Positions 54,103 to 64,000 of a stretch of DNA of 64,000 nucleotides are shown one piece after another. A program made the translations under genes and the position numbers. The notes under the pieces are model-generated. The model saw only the letters and a program-made list of their open reading frames with translations, searched no databases and had not been told where the DNA came from. The DNA is from Octopus vulgaris (lineage: Eukaryota), in NCBI GenBank assembly GCA_951406725.2, contig OX597831.1, positions 40,362,001 to 40,426,000 of the forward strand, written 5' to 3'. Each line of letters starts with the position of its first letter. The first letter of the stretch is position 1.

Positions 54103-54379
54103 TCAGTAACTTTCGCTTCTTCGTCAATCAAATTAGCTACTGCGATCTTAGAAGCAAATAGAGCATCTAATTTAATGGAAGACAAACCGCTAAGCCAAGC
54201 CAAGCAAAATATTTAATTTTATTTCCTTTTATTCTTTCTATATCTCAGCGCTAACACAAATTACATCCACAATTTCGCTTAAATCAGTTCGATTTAGTTT
54301 TAAGATAGACAGAAGAGGAAGTGATCGACAACAGCTTAGGATTGATTTAAGCGATGTTGGCGAGGTCCTGGTAATAAAA

Positions 54380-54772
54380 CGCAGGTGTGGCTGAGTGGTA
54401 AGAAGTTTGCTTCTCAGCTACAGGGTTCCGAGTTCAGTCCCGCTACGTGGGCAAGTGTCTTCTACTTTAGCCTCGGCTCGACCAAAGCCTTGTAAGCGGA
54501 TTTGGTAAATGGAAACTGAAAGATGCCCAATGTGTATATCTATACCTATATGTAAAGGCGTGTTTGTGTGTGTTTGTATTTATTCCCCACCACCGCTTGA
54601 ACAACCAGTGTCGGTATGTTCACGTCCCTGTAACTTGGCGGTTCGGCAATAGAATAAGTATTAGGCTTAAAAAAAAACAAGATCTTGGGTTGATTCGTTC
54701 GACCAAAACTCTTCAAGGCGGTGTCCCAGCATGGCCACAGTCTAATTACTGAAGCAAGTAAAAGATAAAGTA
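54380..54772 (+). mobile_element. SINE family B, diverged
   Basis: Colinear with family B with a short deletion in the head. Confidence 0.82.
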
Positions 54773-55894
54773 ATTTAGAACATAAAACAAAAGATCTTAT
54801 AAGGTGAAGACTAATTACAATATTATTCTACTTGTCACATTTAACCGTTTAACTGTGGAAATAAATCCGAAGAGAGAATCAAACTTTTAATATAAAGGCC
54901 AAAGTTTACGGATTTTCTGTTGTATCTGGGGAGAGTCATTTTCTTTTTGTGCCTTATAATATTGAATCATATTGTTTTTATGAAACGATACTTAATAAAT
55001 TTCCTAAAACTTCTGCGATTTTTCCCCTTAGCTTATTATTCGTTTCTTTAAGTAATGCAATAAATTTGTGTTCAATAAAAAATTACTTGATAAACATTTA
55101 TATACTATAAAAGTTATTTTATAGTTTTTAAATGCAAAAAGTACGTTACTTCTGTCGCAACCTATATATACAAACACACACTCACACACACACGCATATA
55201 TGTCATCATTTAAGATTTAACATCCGTTTTCCTTGCTGGCATGGCTTGGACGGTTTGACAGGGGCTGGCTATGCAGAAGACTGCACCAGGCTTCACTGTC
55301 TGTTTTGTATGCCCTTCCTAACACCAATCACGTTATAGAGTCTACTGAGTTATAGCAAGGCACATATTCTACCTCTTTGTCTCTTCGTCATCAGAATATC
55401 TGCTTCGAATTATTCAATGCAGTTTCTTTGCCCACTTGAAAGTACGCATTTCTGAGGTAGTTAAAATATTTTATAAAACTCTAAGTTTGTAAGACAAGTA
55501 ATTTTGCTGCTTATTAATTAAACGTATTGAACTTCAATGTGATTGAGCAAGCTTATAACGAAACTCTTTCGTCCTACAGTCATCGCCAATTTTTTTCGTT
55601 TCTGGCATAGTATGGCTCAGATAGTATGGAATATCCCAGAACGCATTATCCAGTATATCCCTCTCTTTAAAACGATAGTGTGTGAGATGGAGATTTAACT
55701 GTTATTTTTAGTTGGTCAATAAGCCACATAGAAATTCTTTTGGAGTTATGCCGGGTGACGTTTTATGTAAATCACACAAATGAGATGATATTGAGATCTC
55801 AGAATCAAACTTTTGAACTGTCGTTACCTCTCTTTCACCAACACGCTTTTAACGCCTCTTTGCGACGGTTCTGCAAAATGTAATACACTACAAT

Positions 55895-56181
55895 CAGTGA
55901 TGGACTGGGTCTAAGAATAACGGTTGCCAGGAGACTAAGGGGGCCCACCCGCAACTACAATGCGATAATTTAATTTTTTTATTTGTTAAAAATATTCTTT
56001 TCAACTGTCTTCAAACACAACCAGGCTGAAATAATGCATTATTCCAGGAGTGAATAACAAATTCTCAAACTTGAGGGGATGGTCCCCTTAGATACTAACA
56101 TAAGCCCCCACATATCGATTCTAATGGCGCAGGGGCCCACTTGCTATCGCGCAAGCTGGCAACCTGGCCAGTCCACCACTG
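55895..56181. mobile_element. hAT-type MITE with 8-bp TSD
   Basis: TIR CAGTG(A/G)TGGACTGG; TSD ACTACAAT at 55887-55894 and 56182-56189. Confidence 0.9.
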
Positions 56182-56387
56182 ACTACAATATTTACAAATG
56201 CATATATACATCCACGCACGGATCAGATGGTCACGTAAGGTTACAGGGGCAGTGGAAAAGTTTATTACACATAATCGAACTATATATAAACTTCCACAGT
56301 GTCTTATACATCACCACTTTTACAAAAACTTTCTCAATGCCACCTTGTGACGATTGTGCAAAATTTAATACATCACATATCTACTTA

Positions 56388-57390
56388 AGGCTCCATGACA
56401 ATTCCGTGCATGACAGTTCAGCGCCAACAATTCCGCGCAGGATAATTTAGCACAAGGACAATTCGGTGCAAAGGCAATTCAGAGCATCTTTTCCATTTGG
56501 AAGTTATCTATCTAAACGATAGCAAAATATATTTAGCAAAATGTGTTCGCGCCCTTTCTCTCATTAAATCCGCTCCATAGGGTTGTTTTTTTTTTTATTT
56601 TTAAATTAGTAAATGTTTGTAACCAACTGGAATCCTAAAAAAAGGGGAAAAAGAATACTGTCCTAAGTTTTCAAAGTAACAGTAATGAAATGATATGTTC
56701 GTATAAATAAAAAAAAGTTTTTGGAATATCAACAATTGAAAATGCTACCACTTATTCAATGGTTGTTAGTGTTAACAATCTAAAACATAACCACTTAGTC
56801 ACGAAGTTGAAAAGTTTAGAAATTTTGAAAACAAAATAAATTAAATTAAAATTTATTGTGTGGTAAGTAGCTTGCTTACCAACCACATGATTCCGGGTTC
56901 AGTCCCACTGCGTGGCACCTTGGGCAAGTGTCTTCTGCTATAGCCTCGGGCCGACCAAAGCCTTGTGAGTGGATTTGGTAGACGGAAACTGAAAGAAGCC
57001 CGTCATATATATGTATATATATATGTGTGCGTATGTTTGTGTGTCTGTGTTAGTCCTCCCAACATCGCTTGACAAATGATGCTGGTGGTGTGTTTACGTC
57101 CCCGTAACTTAGCGGTTTGGCAAAAGAGACCGATATAATAAGTACTAGGCTTACAAAGAATAAGTCCCGGGGTCGATTTTCTTGACTAAAGGTGGTGCTC
57201 CAGCATGGCCACAGTCACATGACTGAAACAAGTAAAAGAGTAAAGAGTAATGAGTATAAATATAATGCAGTGAATTATCTTTGCCCTGAATTGTCATGCG
57301 CGGAAATGTCAGCGAAGGATTGTCGGTGCTGAATTGTCATGCGCGGAATTGTCGGTGCTGAATTGTCATGCGCAGAATTGTCGGTTCACG
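56388..57390. mobile_element. Mutator/foldback-like non-autonomous element with 9-bp TSD; nested SINE B at 56858-57250
   Basis: TSD ATCTACTTA (56379-56387, 57391-57399); 15-bp GACAATTCnGCnCnn arrays in inverted orientation at the two ends. Confidence 0.82.
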
Positions 57391-58683
57391 ATCTACTTAT
57401 ACATATAAATGCACTAAAATGTCGGAATGTTATCAAGCGTTACAGGTGCAGTGGCCGACTTTATTGTATGTTAAGAACTACCGACAAATTTCGACAATAT
57501 TTTATTATGCATGGCCCCTAACTTTTACTAATCCATTCACATCCCATTACTTGATATGATCCAGCGAAATTAAAGACACCACATATTTTCATATGCATTG
57601 ATATACTCACATAAGTTAGGACGTTATCTTACATTACGAGTGGAGAGACGGCTTATATTGCATGTATGGAAAAGTGCACATAATGCATACAACTTCTTTC
57701 ATATTAAACTTCAGTTTATTGCTTATAATTCATATATACGGGTGGTATATAGTCGGCTTTGTTTCCTTACTTATTCGCATTTCGAAGTATATTGTTATAG
57801 TTGTTGTGATTGTTGCTAAAACGTAGTTTATCATAATGTTACAGGAAAATTCTTTTTAGCTAATATTTAAATAGAAGACTAAAAAAAAAAAACTATGCTG
57901 GATTGTCTCTATCTATATCTCAACGCTAACACAAATTACATCCACAATTTCGCTTAAATCAGTTTGATCTAGTTTTAAGATAGACAGGAGAGGAAGTGAT
58001 CGACAACAACTTAGGATTGATTTAAGCGAAGTTGGCGTGGTCGTGGTAATAAAACGCAGATGTGGCTGAGTGGTAAGACGTTTGTTTCTCAGCTACAGGG
58101 TTCCGAGTTCAGTCCCGCTACGTGGGCAAGTGTCTTCTACTTTAGCCTCGGCCCGACCAAAGCCTTGTAAGCGGATTTGGTACATAGAAACTGAAAGACA
58201 GGTATAGATATATGCTGTATCTGCCGCGACAACACGCTCGACTGCCACGCCACATCCGAATGTCACGTCCCATTCTTCTGCCGAGTCTCTATATCTCCAG
58301 TACACATAATTCTCCATCGCCCTTTTAAAATACCGGCTTTGTATTGGTGTAGTCAACGTTGGCAGAAATAAACAGCGCACTCGCCATGGAGTTAGTCGAT
58401 TGGACGCAGCCGTTTAAACGCGGGTGATTTAACACGGCTGACAGGACATTCAGCCTATTTTGGCGACAGTACATTTTGGTACTGATGGCAAAAACACATG
58501 CAGAGATACACACATACAAACCTATACACACTCACACATTCGCGTAGAAATACACACATACAAGTTGAAAGAGTGAGAGGTGAGAGAGAGTAAAAGAGAC
58601 ATTACATTGTATTAATTGAATACGATTGGCGTAAACTCTTTTTTTCACTTTATACATATAACGAGAAATATGTTCGTACACAT

Positions 58684-58728
<45 letters not shown>

Positions 58729-59486
58729 AAGAGAGAATCAGACATACAGATAGACAGTCAGACAGACAGACAGACAGAAAGAAAAGTGAGAGAGAAAAGG
58801 GAGGGGTTGAGAGAGGAGAGAAACATAAAAAAGTCTAATGTCAAATACATCAGCGTCGAATCAGCGACGCCACATAGGCGGCGCCAAAACGGCTGTGCCA
58901 GAAGGTATCTTACCCACATTCAGCAGGCAGTTAGAAATGAGTCATAAGTGTCTTGAACAACTATGTCCGGGGAAAAGCACGCAGATCAGCGCGTAGAGAG
59001 CCGTTGTATTGACTACCTTCATGTAGAAATTCTCGATCGTTAGGTTTACCTCCCGTAACCACTCTTGACCTTTAGAAAACATTATGGCGGGGTTGATTAA
59101 TGAGGCAAACTTAAACATTCTACGACAGTTTGGTATTGTTCTGTAACGCCTCCAAATCAATACCGGTTACGAGATTTAAATGTATCGATCACATACATAT
59201 ACATATACAGGGGTACATACAGACACCCGCATGTACACAAAAATAGACAAAACACACGCACATACATATGTACGTATACAAGCGTCTAGGGAACTGCATA
59301 GATGTTTTGTGTATATAACTGTACATATATATATATACACATATATCTTGTGATTAAGTATTTGTATTCATGACTTGATTCATATCGGCGTTACAGAAAC
59401 AAATGCCATCAAAATGTTTATACACACACCTACACGTACGCACATGCGTACATATATATATATATATATATATATTCATATATGCA

Positions 59487-59815
59487 CTAGTTGACCGCGT
59501 GCCATCAATGATGACGGCTAATTGTAGCATTTTATATATACATAAGGTACCAAATACGGTACATAATAATCACACACATGCAAACATTCACATACTTCTC
59601 TTGAACGCGCACACACATACACACATATACTCACACAGAGTTGAAACTCTGATTTTTCCCCCCTACTTCCTTATTCATCTATCACTCCTTCCTTTTTCTC
59701 ATTGCTATTACTTTCTCTCACTCCATCTCAGTCAGGGCTATTATTCTCACCACTTCTTCACTGAATTACTATTTTCCCGCCTCCTCCGTGTCTGGCGTGA
59801 TTCTGGACAAATATA
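59487..59815 (-). mobile_element. Non-autonomous Helitron-like element
   Basis: Minus-strand 3' end: hairpin GCCGTCA-TCAT-TGATGGC, 10 nt, CTAG then T; homologous to 22958-23560. Confidence 0.65.
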
Positions 59816-59829
59816 CAAATATATATATA

Positions 59830-59862
<33 letters not shown>

Positions 59863-59884
59863 TTTTAATTTATTATATAGAAGG

Positions 59885-59935
59885 AGCTTCTACAGGACTA
59901 GTACTGTTTCATTCAAGAGAAATCTTCAGGAAGCT
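59885..59935 (-). ncRNA. Type I hammerhead ribozyme motif (left arm)
   Basis: Exact reverse complement of 61735-61785. Confidence 0.82.
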
Positions 59936-60295
59936 ATTTAACAAGAATTGTATTAGCATTTATACATTTAGGCAGGTTTAAAGGAGTGGTGGTGGGGGAC
60001 TTTTTGGGGGTAGGCATAGCGCAAAATATCATACTTGGGGGAGTGGTCAAGGAGTCAGTGGTAAGTTAGATGAAAGAATAGATAAATAAAAAAAAAAAAA
60101 ATAAAATAAAATAAAAAAATAAAAAAATAAAAAAATAAAAAATAAAATAAAAAAATAAAAAAATAAAAAATATATATAAAAAATATATATATAAAAATAT
60201 ATATATAAAAAAAGGGGGGATAGAGTTATAGGTAAATAAGGAGATTCTCACTTATACCTATACACATATGTATACGTATCTACACACATATATAT

Positions 60296-60348
<53 letters not shown>

Positions 60349-60645
60349 TACACACACATATACATACATATCTACATACACACATACATACACCCGCCCA
60401 CATATACAAATTTATACACATGCACATGCATATACCTGTCTACACATACACACACGTATATATGCATACACTCACTCCCATGCATGCACGCATACACACA
60501 TGTATATATATACCCACGACCACACATACATATATACACAGAAAAATATATATTCATACGCACATACACTCATGCACACACAACACACCTAGTTCCCTAT
60601 ATACACATATTTACACCTATATATACATACACCCACATACACATA

Positions 60646-60685
<40 letters not shown>

Positions 60686-60828
60686 CACGCATACATATAT
60701 ATACATGTGTGCACATACATACATATACACACATACATACACATACACATACACATGTGTACCTATACATACCTACACATACACACATACATACATATAT
60801 ATATGTATATATATTGTATATACATATA

Positions 60829-60883
<55 letters not shown>

Positions 60884-60982
60884 GTGTATGTGTAGGTATG
60901 TATAGGTACACATGTGTATGTGTATGTGTATGTATGTGTGTATATGTATGTATGTGCACACATGTATATATATGTATGCGTG

Positions 60983-61024
<42 letters not shown>

Positions 61025-61321
61025 TATGTGTATGTGGGTGTATGTATATATAGGTGTAAATATGTGTATATAGGGAACTAGGTGTGTTGTGTGTGCATGA
61101 GTGTATGTGCGTATGAATATATATTTTTCTGTGTATATATGTATGTGTGGTCGTGGGTATATATATACATGTGTGTATGCGTGCATGCATGGGAGTGAGT
61201 GTATGCATATATACGTGTGTGTATGTGTAGACAGGTATATGCATGTGCATGTGTATAAATTTGTATATGTGGGCGGGTGTATGTATGTGTGTATGTAGAT
61301 ATGTATGTATATGTGTGTGTA

Positions 61322-61366
<45 letters not shown>

Positions 61367-61734
61367 GTGTGTATATATATGTGTGTAGATACGTATACAT
61401 ATGTGTATAGGTATAAGTGAGAATCTCCTTATTTACCTATAACTCTATCCCCCCTTTTTTATATATATATTTTTTATATATATATTTTTTATATATATTT
61501 TTTATTTTTTTATTTTTTTATTTTATTTTTTTATTTTTTTATTTTTTTATTTTTTTATTTTATTTTATTTTTTTATTTTTTTATTTATCTATTCTTTCAT
61601 CTAACTTACCACTGACTCCTTGACCACTCCCCCAAGTATGATATTTTGCGCTATGCCTACCCCCAAAAAAGTCCCCCCCACCACTCCTTTAAACCTGCCT
61701 AAATGTATAAATGCTAATACAATTCTTGTTAAAT

Positions 61735-61785
61735 AGCTTCCTGAAGATTTCTCTTGAATGAAACAGTACTAGTCCTGTAGAAGCT
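61735..61785 (+). ncRNA. Type I hammerhead ribozyme motif (right arm)
   Basis: AGCTTC-CTGAAGA-TTTCTCTTGAAT-GAAA-CAG TACTAGTC CTG-TA-GAAGCT; GUA site ending 61779. Confidence 0.85.
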
Positions 61786-61868
61786 CCTTCTATATAATAA
61801 ATTAATTTTACTCTGCTATGTATTGAGTACCTTACTTACTGTGGTTAACCCCGAATCAACCCGGGACC

Positions 61869-61922
<54 letters not shown>

Positions 61923-62047
61923 ATGAAATTAATCAATGAGTCATGCTCCTACTTTTCTCTAATACTGTTAAATCGTATCGATTATTTATAAATGTATAGT
62001 TTAATTATAACGTCTTCATTTATATTGTAAATTTATTTTGTGTTATT

Positions 62048-62156
62048 GAGACCTGAAGAGTGGCTATGTACCGTTGTATCGAAGAAATATTAATTTTTGA
62101 GATTATCGATTTTGATATTGTTGATTTGAATACATTGTCATGAAACGTACGTCGTC
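62048..62156 (+). ncRNA. Type I hammerhead ribozyme motif with long stem II
   Basis: GAC-CTGAAGA (62053-62059), stem II GTGGCTATGTA/TACATTGTCAT, GAAA (62142-62145), CGTACG, TC, GTC; lies in an insert bounded by (TA)n (61919-62288). Confidence 0.78.
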
Positions 62157-62286
62157 GTTTTAATGTGTACTAAATATTAGTATACAAACTTTTAGTACAA
62201 TATTAATAATAATATATTCAAATTTATATTTTATTATAGATAACATCTTTCATTATTAATTGAATATCTTTATGGAGGTTCTGTCT

Positions 62287-62327
<41 letters not shown>

Positions 62328-62579
62328 GGTATCGAGGGTCGTCATCGCCGGGTGAGAGTTGGTGAAACTCAAGTTAGTTAAAATTTACTATACTCGATAA
62401 TCCGCACTTGGTATATCTGAATGCCCTTATAAGGACTGCATAGACTCTGTAGAGAAAGGATTGAAATTAATGAAGATCAAAAGAACGGAGATTTGCCCGT
62501 CCAAATTTTATGATACAGTTATCGACATTGTTCTTCAAATAAAGAACAATGTAAATAACTATATATATATATATAGTTT

Positions 62580-63385
62580 TACATGTTTACACTGTTATCG
62601 AAGTATTCTCCATTTGAAGCAATGCATCGGTCCAGACGCGTTTTCTCCTATTCAAGGCAATGCTGGAACTCTTGTGAAGTGATGCCTTTTAACGCTTTCG
62701 TGGTCTTTTACTTCACCTTTTCCACATCTGAAAATTCCGAAGCACCAGCTTTCGTCACCAGTGATGACCTTCGAAAAAGGTCCGGATCAACTTCCAACTG
62801 TTTTTTCAGTTCACGACTCGCATTCAGCCGTGACTGCTTTTGATCTTCCGTGAGTAAACGAGGCACATATTTTGCAGCAACTCTTTTCATTCGCAATTCC
62901 TCGCTCAAAATTCGTTGGCAGGAGCTCCAGGACACACCAGCCATATCAACAAGTTTATTCAATTGTTCGGCAACGGGCCTCATGAATTTTCGGGATTTTT
63001 GGGAGGTCGACGGTCACTCTAAACGAGGTTGGTACTCAAGCCACAAGTGACCATTCCTAAAGTATGAAAACCTCTCGTAAACTTGTGATTTGCTCATGGA
63101 AGCGTCCTTGTAAGCTGTTTGAAGCATGACAGCTGTTTCTGCCGCGGCTTTCCCCCAGCAGAAAACAAAGTTTCACGGAAGCATGCTGTTCCTTCGTTTC
63201 AGCCATTGGAAAAATCGACGAACAGAGGAGAAGCAGTGCAAAACAAAGACACACCATGTAGCAGTACGGCATCACTTGACAACGCCGATCGGTAGACTGG
63301 TGTCTAAGGGTCGCATCAAATGGGGGAACCCTGAACTACAATGGGTTTGTCCCCAGAGAACGTTTCCCGTTACTACTGGATACCC

Positions 63386-63390
<5 letters not shown>
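62580..63390 (-). mobile_element. mariner element, deleted and degenerate
   Basis: MAETKEQHASVKLCFLLG.. and CQRILSEELRMKRVAAKYVPRLLTEDQKQSRLNASREL..DPDL; flanked by (TA)n. Confidence 0.88.
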
Positions 63391-63435
<45 letters not shown>

Positions 63436-63717
63436 GTAAATATATGGCACAACGAAGTACCGATATTTACTGGAAAATAGCGAACGTAATAATACGACGC
63501 TAATGTATAGCTTCACCGCGTATGTACTAACAAAAATGCCTGAGTGCAACAAACTTGAAAAAAATTGTCTTACCTCCAGGGAGAACATCTGAAAGATGAA
63601 ACAACTAGAAAGGGATAATGTGGGACCGGAGCCGGTTTCAGATTTTTCAAGATATGCCTGCACACACACACATATATATATATATAACCCATATATGCTT
63701 GTATAAATACATACATA

Positions 63718-63802
<85 letters not shown>

Positions 63803-64000
63803 CCGTAAAGTTGAAAGTTAATTATTTATTAATAAATTGATAAGTTTTACTTCCTACAGATTTTTCCATTCGTGCTCATTACATAAATTAAAAATTTCTG
63901 CTTTAAATTTGCATTTATAAAATATGAGCAAAATATTATGAAGGAAAAAAAGATATATATTAAAAGATTACATGTTGAATATGGATTATATGCATAATAT

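Larger units (their letters stand above)
59865..61871 (+). mobile_element. Penelope-like insert forming a ~1.94-kb palindrome plus tail, in (TA)n
   Basis: 59865-~60802 is the near-perfect reverse complement of ~60866-61805; ends match the 17481-17678 family. Confidence 0.88.

Noticed and set aside
62420-62560. Peptide ECPYKDCIDSVEKGLKLMK..VIDIVLQIKNN faintly like a Penelope RT segment
   Set aside because: Similarity too weak to call without a profile search

Overview
AT-rich eukaryotic genomic DNA saturated with microsatellites and transposon relics. The repeat content (tRNA-headed SINEs, mariner relics, R4/RTE LINE fragments) suggests an octopus or other cephalopod; this is inference. Nearly all ORFs in the supplied track are translations of simple repeats. 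The only convincing host coding sequence is a 385-bp exon at 38447-38831 (+) resembling the N-terminus of CCDC148. A phase-compatible candidate upstream exon ends at 11356, downstream of an RFX X-box-like motif, which would make most of the window intronic. The most interesting signal is a set of about ten short inserts, most in or beside (TA)n tracts and most arranged as fold-back inverted repeats with an unpaired 3' tail. They belong to several sequence families and carry type I hammerhead ribozyme motifs, intact in some copies and degenerate in others. One forms a ~1.94-kb palindrome with a hammerhead on each strand, and one is joined to a GIY-YIG endonuclease remnant with a CxCx5Cx5C motif, pointing to (TA)n-targeting Penelope-like retroelements. 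Also present are a TSD-flanked 1.7-kb ORF1-only retroelement, R4/Dong-type fragments beside (ATT)n, hAT and Mutator-like non-autonomous elements with TSDs, Helitron-like ends and two local duplications. All coordinates were read by eye; repeat boundaries are approximate unless a TSD or TIR is quoted.
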